Positions 28,942-38,387 of a stretch of DNA of 64,000 nt are shown here, in pieces. Below the pieces are notes generated by a model. The model ran no database searches. It saw only the letters and a program-made list of their open reading frames with translations, and was not told the origin of the DNA. Position 1 is the stretch's first letter, and each line of letters starts with the position of its first letter. The translations under genes were made by a program, and so were the position numbers. The stretch is from Marispirochaeta sp. (lineage in GTDB: Bacteria > Spirochaetota > Spirochaetia > JC444 > Marispirochaetaceae), in the NCBI GenBank assembly GCA_963676835.2, contig CAXXFF010000004.1, positions 320,001 through 384,000 of the forward strand, read 5' to 3'.

Positions 28942-29238
28942 ATGGAAAAGAAATTCATCGTAGTAGCAGAGTTCTATCTCAAACCGGGTGCAATGGATAA
29001 ATTCCTGGAACTGGCACTGGAAGATTCAGCAAAATCCGTGGCCAATGAAGAGGGATGTCTTGGTTTTGATGTTCTGGTTCCTCAAAACAAGAAAGATACG
29101 GTTATATTGTTTGAGACCTATACAAGTAAGGATGCCTTCGAGGTTCATAAAACCATGCCTCATTTCAAACCCTTTGTTGATGGAATTCCTCCGCTGCTTT
29201 CAAAAGAGCGGACAATTCAGTTTCTTTCGGATTATTAA
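28942..29238 (+). CDS. ABM-family putative quinol monooxygenase
   Basis: EEGCLGFDV, FETY, H...PHF. Confidence 0.85.
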   Translation: MEKKFIVVAEFYLKPGAMDKFLELALEDSAKSVANEEGCLGFDVLVPQNKKDTVILFETYTSKDAFEVHKTMPHFKPFVDGIPPLLSKERTIQFLSDY

Positions 29239-29401
29239 GAATCCTGTTCTAAATCAAACCCGCAGCCAGATATAATACACCTTCCCGTCAAAGGAATAAT
29301 AAAACCTTTGAAGGGAAGGCTGTGCCTGGAATAGAAACAAAGAAGTAAGGTGGAATATGGAAATTTTCTGTACGTATTTCATCTTTTCCGGTAAAATCTC
29401 A

Positions 29402-29483
29402 ACATAACAACCGCATACTGCTGTTAATGTATTTGTCACGGTTTTCGCCTCAGGCTCTCCTGCAGCTGATACGGATGTTACGT
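29402..29483 (+). repeat. attC-like site, second family, partly decayed (82 bp)
   Basis: ACATAAC AACCGCATACTGCTG...TGTCACG...TGCAGCTGATACGGAT GTTACGT. Confidence 0.7.
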
Positions 29484-29512
29484 AGAATTTATTTTTCTTA
29501 AACGGGGATATT

Positions 29513-32095
29513 GTGAAACGAATTGGTTATTTGATTTTTGCCTTAACTGTTTTTATTGCTTCCTGTACAACAAACGACAGCAGATTATCCGGCCAGAGAA
29601 TCAATTCCAGGGATGAGATCCCTTCCCGCATTATTTTCAATACCATCGATATACAAGAGAGGTCTGTCGGCGGAAAACGTCAAACCTGGTTCATTCTGGG
29701 ATCTGACACATACTACGGTGTGAAGATGTATATCCCGGAACAGGATCTGAACAGTAACAACCCTTTAAATTTCAATGCCGGCCGGAAAGAAGTCTACTTG
29801 GACATGGATGGTGTTATTAAAGAATGGGTGACTTTGCGGGGCAACTACAGGACTGATCAGAACAACATGTTTTCCGGCGGAGGCCTTTATGAAACAGCAG
29901 ACGGTCGCTTCGGTAAAGAATGCGGTTTCGCGGTTAATCTGATTAAGGCAGGATTGAGAAGTGCCCCCGGGGATAAACAGGAGCCTGCTGAAAAAGAGCG
30001 GCTCTTTGAAAGAATTTTTGAAGTGGATGCACAGCCCCTGCCGGTACTGTATAAAATGGACAGCCAGCCGAACTTTATGGGCTACGGTTCCGACGGCGAC
30101 CTGCTGATAACAACCTTTGATCAGTATATTGCCGTATCCCGGGACCGGGGAGAAACCTGGACCCATACCCTGCTGCCGAACTCGAAACTGCCGGACGGCT
30201 CATTCCGCTTTAACCAGTACGCCCGGATGGTCACGAATAAAATTACCATTGACGGTAAGCAAATCCTCATTACCGGCGCTATCGATGCCTACAGTTCGGA
30301 TAGGGGAAAAACATGGATTTTTCACAGAAGAGATGAAAATTCAGTCTTCGGAAAGATCCCTTTCGGTACTGAAGGAGAATTCCGTGCTGATGTTTTGTTT
30401 GAAGGAAAAATCCTGTTTGACGGTAGAGAGCATGCAGCAGTCTGGGATCCATCAGGGACTACATCCCCTACCCTCATCACACCCCCGTTTACAGGAAGAT
30501 ACCAGTATTTCTCCGGAGACTATATTTCCTTTTTTGCAGACGATTATACGTCTGCGGCTTTCTATAATATCGAAAATGGAGAGTGGCAGATTATCCGGCA
30601 GGGAAGCCATGGTCTAAAAGGCGATATCCGGATAGCCGTAAGAAATAATGACACCCTTATTGTCGGAGGGGCCGCGGGATTATTTCTGTCCCGGGACAGG
30701 GGCGAAACATTCAGACCCATCGATAACGGCATCGATTTCCCCGCAGGATGGCATCCCTGGGTGGTAAGCCGTCTGGAAGGAGATAGGATTGTCCTTAAAC
30801 TGCAAAGGTCACGGCCGCCTCTGCAATATATATGGCATGTTTCCGATATAGAAGAATTCAGGGAGAGACTTGGGTATGTCAGTATCAGCAATGACGGCGG
30901 AGAAACATGGGAGCACAAAACATACAATGTTGATAATGACCTTGATTTTTTCAAACAAATGAAAAGCTCCGATCCAGACGGAAGAACCCAGCTGATTGCC
31001 TACATGCCGGCGGAATTCGAGATACAGGACCAACACGATAAAACAATCCTGTACCGGCCAGCTCCCCTGGACAGGGATTATCCCTGGGAAAGGAGCCTGG
31101 ACGGGGGAAAATCCTGGCAGCGTTACGATGAAGAGTGGACCGGCCTGGATATAGAGTCGGACAACCGGCGCCATCTCGAAATATCCACAGACTACGGGAA
31201 AAGCTGGCATGAAGCTCCTTTCCATTTTACGAACGGCAGCAGATCGCAGACCGGACTCGAGCCGGGGGATATACCGGTTATGGAAGATCTGATATTTGCG
31301 GCAAAGTATTCGGACGGCAATTTTCAGAAAGACGGGGAAGCCGGGAAATACCTGGATCTTCTGAACCGGCTGTTCGATAAATTCAACCGGCGCTTTATAC
31401 CCGATCATAACATTGATATCCGCGGCGACCGTATAATCCTGAGAGTAAATGATGAACTCTATTTAAGTGAGAATTTCGGCCGAAGCTTTTCAAGGTTGGA
31501 GAATCTGCCATTTTCTAGCTTACAGGTTGAGAATCCGCAGTTTTTCAGAGACACTATCATAATTAATAAAAATTACAGATCCTACTATGCAGCGAATGCC
31601 ACCGGTACAGGCTGGAAATATATCGAAGAAAATAACGATAGTAAAAATGAAGCTGGACTGGACTTCACTCCCCACTCCAGCCGGTTTGCATCAAGTGAAG
31701 ATTATTTCTACGCCATATTTTCACAGAGAAGTTCCAATGGATTCCTCTTCTATCCATACAGAAGGAACAAGGTTGCCTTTGGGGAGGATAATTCCTGGGA
31801 AGCAATTGCCGAACCGGTTCGGGTTTTTATGGATCGTCCCACGTTTACCGCAGCCGGGGATAATATGGCAATCCTGGAGTATAATTCCACCATGCAGAAA
31901 ATTCAGAACAATACGCTTCTGCTGCATCTGAGTCATGACGGGGGGAAAACCTGGAAAGACTATAATACTTATGCCATGATCGAAGAGAGCAGGGTCCTTG
32001 AATATATAGAAAAGGGAGACTTTGAACTGCTGCCCGTCAGCAACGGGGTCATATTGGGAACCCCCTCGGGGATTTACCGGCTTGTAATTGAATAA
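29513..32095 (+). CDS. Large lipoprotein with BNR/Asp-box repeats (sialidase-like beta-propeller)
   Basis: Lipobox FIASC; repeated SxDxGxTW motifs (SRDRGETW, SSDRGKTW, SNDGGETW, SLDGGKSW, SHDGGKTW). Confidence 0.85.
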   Translation: MKRIGYLIFALTVFIASCTTNDSRLSGQRINSRDEIPSRIIFNTIDIQERSVGGKRQTWFILGSDTYYGVKMYIPEQDLNSNNPLNFNAGRKEVYLDMDGVIKEWVTLRGNYRTDQNNMFSGGGLYETADGRFGKECGFAVNLIKAGLRSAPGDKQEPAEKERLFERIFEVDAQPLPVLYKMDSQPNFMGYGSDGDLLITTFDQYIAVSRDRGETWTHTLLPNSKLPDGSFRFNQYARMVTNKITIDGKQILITGAIDAYSSDRGKTWIFHRRDENSVFGKIPFGTEGEFRADVLFEGKILFDGREHAAVWDPSGTTSPTLITPPFTGRYQYFSGDYISFFADDYTSAAFYNIENGEWQIIRQGSHGLKGDIRIAVRNNDTLIVGGAAGLFLSRDRGETFRPIDNGIDFPAGWHPWVVSRLEGDRIVLKLQRSRPPLQYIWHVSDIEEFRERLGYVSISNDGGETWEHKTYNVDNDLDFFKQMKSSDPDGRTQLIAYMPAEFEIQDQHDKTILYRPAPLDRDYPWERSLDGGKSWQRYDEEWTGLDIESDNRRHLEISTDYGKSWHEAPFHFTNGSRSQTGLEPGDIPVMEDLIFAAKYSDGNFQKDGEAGKYLDLLNRLFDKFNRRFIPDHNIDIRGDRIILRVNDELYLSENFGRSFSRLENLPFSSLQVENPQFFRDTIIINKNYRSYYAANATGTGWKYIEENNDSKNEAGLDFTPHSSRFASSEDYFYAIFSQRSSNGFLFYPYRRNKVAFGEDNSWEAIAEPVRVFMDRPTFTAAGDNMAILEYNSTMQKIQNNTLLLHLSHDGGKTWKDYNTYAMIEESRVLEYIEKGDFELLPVSNGVILGTPSGIYRLVIE

Positions 32096-32110
32096 GAGTC
32101 AATAAAAAGT

Positions 32111-32134
32111 CTACATGACAACCGCATGCGCCAG
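32111..32134 (+). repeat. attC remnant (left end only)
   Basis: CTACATGAC AACCGCAT matches the 29402 attC start and is 7/9 complementary to the cassette start GTTACGTAG. Confidence 0.55.
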
Positions 32135-32392
32135 TTTGTTCCTGGACATACATCCTGCTTTTTAATTCATCCCGGGCAGTTTTTTCACCATGGACAGAAA
32201 ACAGGTTTTACGGGGATTATAAGTACAAATATTTTTACGCTTTTACCAGTATCTTCGACAGGGAACTAATAGCAAAACATTGTAATCCCTGGTTATACCA
32301 GAGCCCCAAACCTTAGGGAAAATATAATTTATAGTATTGTTGCCATTTAATATGTACTATCAAAACTCGTTGAGATAGCATAAAATGATAGT

Positions 32393-32737
32393 ATGAGTAC
32401 GGTTTCACCAATGAAATACCTTACTGAAACAGTAGAATCTCTAAAAACTCTGAATCCACTTAAAATTGTCCTGTTTGGATCTGCCGCACGGGGAGAAACA
32501 CATGAATGGAGCGATTTAGATATTCTCATTGTTTTAGACGATGATAAGATCCCGGAATCGTATGAAGAAAAAATGAAACTCAAACTTGCTGTTCGAAAGA
32601 CAATTCGCGAGCAAAGTTATAAGATACCAATCGACCTTCTCGTCTACACAAAACCTGAATATAATGCGATCAAAGCCCAAAACAGCTCTTTTATAAGAGA
32701 AATCAGTATGGAAGGAAAAACCTTATATGAAAGATAA
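32393..32737 (+). CDS. Minimal nucleotidyltransferase (MNT) antitoxin
   Basis: LFGSAARG...SDLDIL. Confidence 0.88.
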   Translation: MSTVSPMKYLTETVESLKTLNPLKIVLFGSAARGETHEWSDLDILIVLDDDKIPESYEEKMKLKLAVRKTIREQSYKIPIDLLVYTKPEYNAIKAQNSSFIREISMEGKTLYER

Positions 32738-33122
32738 GGTGAAGGAATGGGTTCGATTTGCAGAATTAGATTACAAATCTGCAATAAAGTTGAATGAAGA
32801 TGAAAACCTCACATCCTCTGCAGCATTTCATTGCCAGCAAGCTGTTGAAAAATATTTAAAAGCATTGATTGAAAATCTGGATATAGATGTGCCAAGAGTC
32901 CACACACTTTTGGTTTTAATGAACATTGTAATGAGAAATTATAAAATAGAGTTTGATCGGGATATTTTAGATCAAATTAATGAAGTTTATATAGATACAC
33001 GATATCCATCCTCAACCGGATTAATCCCGGATGGGATTCCGCAAAGAGAAACAATTGCTCTTTTTCTTTCATTTGTTGAAAATATTAAAGATAAAGTAGC
33101 GAAGATACTGAATAAGGAATGA
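32727..33122 (+). CDS. HEPN-domain protein
   Basis: AAFHCQQAVEKYLKA, PRVHTL, YIDTRYP; overlaps the MNT gene. Confidence 0.88.
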   Translation: MKDKVKEWVRFAELDYKSAIKLNEDENLTSSAAFHCQQAVEKYLKALIENLDIDVPRVHTLLVLMNIVMRNYKIEFDRDILDQINEVYIDTRYPSSTGLIPDGIPQRETIALFLSFVENIKDKVAKILNKE

Positions 33123-33125
33123 TGG

Positions 33126-33158
33126 CGTATACCAGCAGTTGGAAAGTCAAACCTGCTG
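33126..33158 (+). repeat. attC remnant (left end, attC7-like)
   Basis: TATACCAGCAGTTGGAAAGTCAAACCTGCTG vs attC7 TTAACCAGCAATTGGAGCAGTCAAACCTACTG; directly after the HEPN stop codon. Confidence 0.65.
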
Positions 33159-33265
33159 AGACAGTCTGGACAGCTACAGATGACTATGATTGCATATAAA
33201 AACATGAAAGAATTTACCAGAGTAGCTGGTTTATTGGTGGAAGATTGGGCAGAACAGGAGAAGCC

Positions 33266-33895
33266 ATGAAAAAGTTACCCCTGACGGCGCTGCTGATAAT
33301 TCTGGCCGGGTCCATTCTCTATGCGGATTCCGATGCCGGGCAAAAAAGACTTTTTAATCTGGCCATATGGCAGAACGGAAAATATATAACTCCCGAGGGA
33401 AACAGGTTTGACCTGGAACCGGCCCCGTTTAAAATCGAAGTAAGCATGGCAGACGGAGAAGAGCTGTTTGCGAACTTCCAGACCTCCGACAATCTCTACC
33501 GGGCCGTGGTTGAAGGAAGAAATTTCCGGAAGATTCTCGGGTTTGACGGCACCGGCCTGGCGGAGTCGATCGGAAATGAAAACCGGGACATCTGGCTGCA
33601 GAACCGCGGCTGGCAGGTATGGACCATTACCGGAGATGGACCACACCGATTCGATCAAATCCGCCCGGGAGACGGGAAAAGAACGGGAATACGAACGGTG
33701 GAACACCTCTACAGCCTGTCCGATTCAGGAAACGTGGAGTTTACCGAGGTGGATCAAATCTACTGCGTTATCTGCGATATTAAACGGATCGACTGGCTGA
33801 ATCAGAAATTGAAGGATGCTCAGGGATTTATCCTGAACTTTCAACAGAAGGGATTTGCCATGGATGTTTTCTCCCCGGGTTATCGTAGGCAATGA
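33266..33895 (+). CDS. Hypothetical secreted protein
   Basis: AGGAG RBS, signal peptide MKKLPL...LYA. Confidence 0.7.
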   Translation: MKKLPLTALLIILAGSILYADSDAGQKRLFNLAIWQNGKYITPEGNRFDLEPAPFKIEVSMADGEELFANFQTSDNLYRAVVEGRNFRKILGFDGTGLAESIGNENRDIWLQNRGWQVWTITGDGPHRFDQIRPGDGKRTGIRTVEHLYSLSDSGNVEFTEVDQIYCVICDIKRIDWLNQKLKDAQGFILNFQQKGFAMDVFSPGYRRQ

Positions 33896-33921
33896 GTCTA
33901 TAAACCACATTGACTTACATA

Positions 33922-34452
33922 CTACAGATATCGCCAGCTAATTCTCTGGCCGATTTTAAAGGCGAAAGAAAATCCGCTGGGAATACGCACATCATACTGA
34001 TCACTAACGAGCCAGTTATCACCGTTCTGATCGGTATAATAGGTCATACGGAAAAAATGGGGCAGTACACTGAGTTTACCGCTTGTAAGATAGCTGTGAT
34101 TGGTCATTTCCAGATACTGATCATCGCCGTAAAAAGTAATAATCTCGTTGTCCTCGGTTACGATACTGCCGCCGATTCTGACTTCATACTGCTGCATGCC
34201 AATAACGCCGGTGATATCAGGGTTGGAACCCGAACCAATAACAATGCCCGTATCACTGACAAATTCCACCTGCATGGTAATTTCAGCATTGAGATTATTC
34301 ATATCCATACTATGAATCAGTTCAATTGTATTGCTTGGTATACCCTGGCTTGTATCCTGGGGATTCTGTTCTTCATCCAAAGGTGTGGTACAGGAAGTGA
34401 GCAGCCCGTACAGGGCTGTAATGGTCAGGAAAATTCGAATACATTTTCTCAT
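33922..34452 (-). CDS. Hypothetical lipoprotein
   Basis: AAGGAGGT RBS; lipobox LLTSC. Confidence 0.7.
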   Translation of the reverse strand: MRKCIRIFLTITALYGLLTSCTTPLDEEQNPQDTSQGIPSNTIELIHSMDMNNLNAEITMQVEFVSDTGIVIGSGSNPDITGVIGMQQYEVRIGGSIVTEDNEIITFYGDDQYLEMTNHSYLTSGKLSVLPHFFRMTYYTDQNGDNWLVSDQYDVRIPSGFSFAFKIGQRISWRYL

Positions 34453-34649
34453 GCATACCTCCTTTTTATTCTGACACTTTCGCTCAACATTGAGAAAATC
34501 TAACACACCCTAGGGGAAAAAACATTTTTTTATTCTCTTATTATTTCCCATCAACAAGAAGGGAAGAGATAAGTGCTCAGGAAAATCTGACTGGATTAGA
34601 ATTACCGTTTATTACAGTGTTCTTTTCAGACTCTTCATGCTACCTTCAT

Positions 34650-34659
34650 GGAACGTTCC
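34650..34659. promoter_or_regulatory. Possible LacI-family operator
   Basis: GGAACGTTCC palindrome with central CG, 30 bp upstream of the sugar isomerase. Confidence 0.45.
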
Positions 34660-34688
34660 CGCTATTCAATAACCGGAGATAAGAAAGA

Positions 34689-35501
34689 ATGATCAAATTC
34701 AGTACAACCGTAACCTGTCAGTATAACACCGCATTCTCGCCTTTCAAGGCATCCGAATACAGCAAGTCCCTTGAATGGGTAAAGAAAAGCGGTTTTGATT
34801 CCGCAGAAATCTGCATATCCAACTACAGCGGAGTAGATGTAAAGGCTATGAAAGAGGAGCTTACAACCCTCGGCCTCGGCTGTTCCACCATCTCCACCGG
34901 ACAGAGCCGAACCCTGGAGGATATATCCCTTATCCACGAAAATCCCGCCCAGAGGAAAAAAGCACAGGCGCGGATCAACGAGCATATCGATGCCGCTTCC
35001 GTTCTCGGCAGTAAGGTTACCATCGGCTTGCTTAGGGGCCTCGGCAGCACTGCAAAAGCTGCTGAAGAGATGAAACTCCTCACCGACAGTCTTGCACCCT
35101 GCCTTGAGCATGCGGAGAAGAACAATATTGTCCTGTTAATGGAAGCCATCAACCGCTACGAAACCGCCCACCTGAACAGCGCAGAGGATACCGTGAAGTT
35201 TATCGACACCATGGGTGGATCATCTTCCCTGGGAATTCTCTGGGATGTTTTTCATGCCAATATCGAAGATCCGGGGTTTGAAGAAGCCGTAAAAATCATG
35301 GGGCCAAAGCTCCGTCATGTCCATATGGCAGACTCCAATCGCTGGTTTCCCGGTTACGGACATCTTGATTTTGAAGGACTCTACAGCATTCTTTCTGCTG
35401 CAGGATATGATGACTACATGTCCTTCGAGTGCCTGAACCTGCCATCGGTGGAGGTGGTAATTGAAAAGTCCGGCGATTTTATCCGCAAGCTGAAAGGCTG
35501 A
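34689..35501 (+). CDS. Sugar phosphate isomerase/epimerase (IolO-like TIM barrel)
   Basis: EAINRYE, DVFHANIE, HVHMADSNR.FPG.GH. Confidence 0.88.
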   Translation: MIKFSTTVTCQYNTAFSPFKASEYSKSLEWVKKSGFDSAEICISNYSGVDVKAMKEELTTLGLGCSTISTGQSRTLEDISLIHENPAQRKKAQARINEHIDAASVLGSKVTIGLLRGLGSTAKAAEEMKLLTDSLAPCLEHAEKNNIVLLMEAINRYETAHLNSAEDTVKFIDTMGGSSSLGILWDVFHANIEDPGFEEAVKIMGPKLRHVHMADSNRWFPGYGHLDFEGLYSILSAAGYDDYMSFECLNLPSVEVVIEKSGDFIRKLKG

Positions 35502-35504
35502 TAA

Positions 35505-36311
35505 TCAGGGATACTTTTCCGGAATCCAGCGCTGGGAATCGATGGGCGGCCGGGTGTAGTTTTCTGCATCCTGCCGCGGGGGCAGCGCAATGGGCTCAGG
35601 GGTAAGATCTTTATACTCAAACTGTGATAAAAGATGCCGGATACAGTTGAGCCGGGCATGTTTTTTGACATCCGCATTGACCACCCACCAGGGAGCCTGC
35701 TCAGTGTCGGTATACATGAACATTGAATCCTTGGCTTTGGAATACTCCACCCATTTTGACCGGGATTCAAGATCCATAGGGCTCAGCTTCCAGCGTTTGG
35801 AAGGATCATCAATTCTGTCCCGAAACCGCTTCTCCTGCTCGTCATCACTGACGGAAAACCAGTATTTAATCAGTTTAACTCCTGAACGGACAAGCATGCT
35901 TTCGAATTCCGGGCAGCTGCGCAAAAACTCCCGGTACTCCGCATCGGTACAGAATCCCATCACATGCTCAACTCCGGCCCGGTTGTACCAGCTGCGGTCA
36001 AACAGCACCATCTCGCCTGCAGCCGGCAGATGGGCGGCATAGCGCTGAAAGTACCACTGGGTTTTCTCTTTTTCCGTAGGAGTTCCCAGAGCTGCGATCC
36101 GGCAGTACCTGGGGTTGAGACTCTCGGTAATACGCTTAATTACACCGCCCTTCCCGGCGGCATCCCGCCCCTCGAAGATGACCACAACCTTAAGCCCTTC
36201 ATGCTTAATCCATTCCTGCAGCTTTACCAGTTCTGTCTGCATACGGCTGAGTTCCTTCTCGTAGTCGGCATTACTGATCTTTTCCGCTTTGTTTTTGTTT
36301 TTCCTGCCCAT
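35505..36311 (-). CDS. ppk2: Polyphosphate kinase 2
   Basis: FEGRDAAGKGG, FDRSWYNR, WKLSPMD. Confidence 0.95.
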   Translation of the reverse strand: MGRKNKNKAEKISNADYEKELSRMQTELVKLQEWIKHEGLKVVVIFEGRDAAGKGGVIKRITESLNPRYCRIAALGTPTEKEKTQWYFQRYAAHLPAAGEMVLFDRSWYNRAGVEHVMGFCTDAEYREFLRSCPEFESMLVRSGVKLIKYWFSVSDDEQEKRFRDRIDDPSKRWKLSPMDLESRSKWVEYSKAKDSMFMYTDTEQAPWWVVNADVKKHARLNCIRHLLSQFEYKDLTPEPIALPPRQDAENYTRPPIDSQRWIPEKYP

Positions 36312-36397
36312 AAGTAGAGTATAGGACCCGGCATTTCAGGTGTCAAAGAATCTCTTCTGTCTTTATTCAAGGGGAATATATTTGAAGTAGATAAACT

Positions 36398-38221
36398 CTA
36401 ATTCCGGGGTACCTGTTTAACCGGATCTGCCGCAAACTTTACCTCAGAGGAAAAGCCCTCAGAAGTATGGACATTGGAGAAGACACCGTTAAGCTGTTCA
36501 GTCAATATTGAAACCAGCATGAGACCAAAGCCTTCACGGCCCATGGAATCCGGAATGCCCCTGCCTGAATCAATAACCTGCAAGAGCACCGTTTCTCCGC
36601 TTTTTTTAACAGAAACTGAAAGTCTCCCCCGGGTATCCCCGGGGAATGCATACTTCATCGAGTTGGTAACCAGCTCATTTACAATAAGACCAAGGGCAAA
36701 GAGGTCTTTAATGCCCATATCAAAATCATCAAGATCAGTACTTATTTGAATGGTATTGCTGCGGGGAAATATATCAAAAAGAGCGCTTAGCAAATCACCA
36801 ATATACAGGCTGACCGACAGGATCGTATAGCTTTCTGTCATAAAAAGCTTGTCATAAATAACCCGCATACTCCTAACCCGACTGATCGCATCCTGAAGTA
36901 TTTCAACAGAAGGACCATCTTTAATACCGTCAGCCTGCGTCTGAAGAAGAGTCTCCACAGAACTGATATTATTTTTAATTCTGTGATTGACCTCTTTCAG
37001 AAGAATCTCTTTTTCAGCAGTCTGATTTTTAGCCAGGGCTTCCGCCTGTTTCATATGCGTAATATCATGAAGGAACCAGATTCTGCCAAGATATTTTCCC
37101 GAATTATCCAGAATGGGCGAAGAATAGCGGTCATAACAGGTTCCATTTTTCAGGTAAATTTCATCTCTACTGGTTTCAGATTTATGATCATACAGATAGC
37201 GTATTTTTGTAAAAAATGCATCGGGATTAACAACTTTTGTCATTGAATTTTGAAGCAGAAGGTTATCATCTTTCAGCTGGATCAGATCTTCCGGGACTTC
37301 AAAGATCTGACAGAATTTTTCATTAAATGAAATTACCTTCCCGTCGATGTCTACAACCAGGATTCCATCCAGCGATGTATTATGCTCCGCTTCCAGGATA
37401 GCATGCACCATCCGGTTATCTTTTTCCATATGGACTTTCTCAGTGATATCCATAAAATATCCGTACAGCTGTTTAGGCTTATTATTTTCAACCAAAGCCT
37501 GGGTAACCGACCAGATCCACTTCTTTTTACCCGCAGGTGTGGTGAAGGGCAGTTCCATACTATAGGGTTTACCGGTTTTTACACATTCATCATAAGCTTC
37601 CAGAATACACTGCCGGGATTTCTCATCATAGCAATTAATACTCAAATCGAGCTTTTCCTGCAGGGACGAAACTTCACTCTTTTTTATATCATGGATTTCA
37701 TACAGGGCATCAGTCCATTCCATTGTCCCGTACTCAAGGTCTTGAATCCAACCTCCTATCTTCGCCAGAGACTGGGTAAGGCCCAGTAGTTTTTCGCTCT
37801 TCTTAAGAGAAATCTCCTTCTCTTTTTCCGCCAGTTTTGATGCAAAAAGCTTAAATGCCATCTTAATAGATGCATCGAGGACTACAATACCGGAGTTCTT
37901 GACCACGTAACCATAGCTGGTAATACGCTCTGTTTTTTCGACAACTTCTTTCTCTATGTGAGAGGAGAGAAATACGATGGGAATATCTTTTACTGTGAGA
38001 ATCTGCTCTGCTGCCTCCGTTCCGTCAATTCCCGGTCCGAGATTTATATCCATAAGAATAAGATCCGGAGGATCAGCATCCTCAAGCGCTTTGAAGACGG
38101 CAGCTTCACCGGTATGCACAAGAGAAACAGAATAGCCGTAGGACTGCAGCTCCTCCCGCTCTGCAAGACCGATAATTACCTCGTCTTCTACAAGAAGAAT
38201 CTTTTTTGCATTTACATTCAC
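36398..38221 (-). CDS. REC-PAS-PAS HisKA_2-type histidine kinase
   Basis: N-terminal receiver; KEVNHRIKNN; ELVTNSMKYA; DSGRG. Confidence 0.88.
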   Translation of the reverse strand: MNVNAKKILLVEDEVIIGLAEREELQSYGYSVSLVHTGEAAVFKALEDADPPDLILMDINLGPGIDGTEAAEQILTVKDIPIVFLSSHIEKEVVEKTERITSYGYVVKNSGIVVLDASIKMAFKLFASKLAEKEKEISLKKSEKLLGLTQSLAKIGGWIQDLEYGTMEWTDALYEIHDIKKSEVSSLQEKLDLSINCYDEKSRQCILEAYDECVKTGKPYSMELPFTTPAGKKKWIWSVTQALVENNKPKQLYGYFMDITEKVHMEKDNRMVHAILEAEHNTSLDGILVVDIDGKVISFNEKFCQIFEVPEDLIQLKDDNLLLQNSMTKVVNPDAFFTKIRYLYDHKSETSRDEIYLKNGTCYDRYSSPILDNSGKYLGRIWFLHDITHMKQAEALAKNQTAEKEILLKEVNHRIKNNISSVETLLQTQADGIKDGPSVEILQDAISRVRSMRVIYDKLFMTESYTILSVSLYIGDLLSALFDIFPRSNTIQISTDLDDFDMGIKDLFALGLIVNELVTNSMKYAFPGDTRGRLSVSVKKSGETVLLQVIDSGRGIPDSMGREGFGLMLVSILTEQLNGVFSNVHTSEGFSSEVKFAADPVKQVPRN

Positions 38222-38387
38222 GGATATATTCTAACTGCATTTTTATTTCGACGCAAAGAATATTATTCCGGCAGCCAACATGACTTGCAGTACAAATGCG
38301 AGGTTTACTACGAAAAAATACCTAAAGGACACTCCAAAAAAACTTGGCATTTTTACCATAGCTGAGAAGGATAGTTTTAGAGGTACT

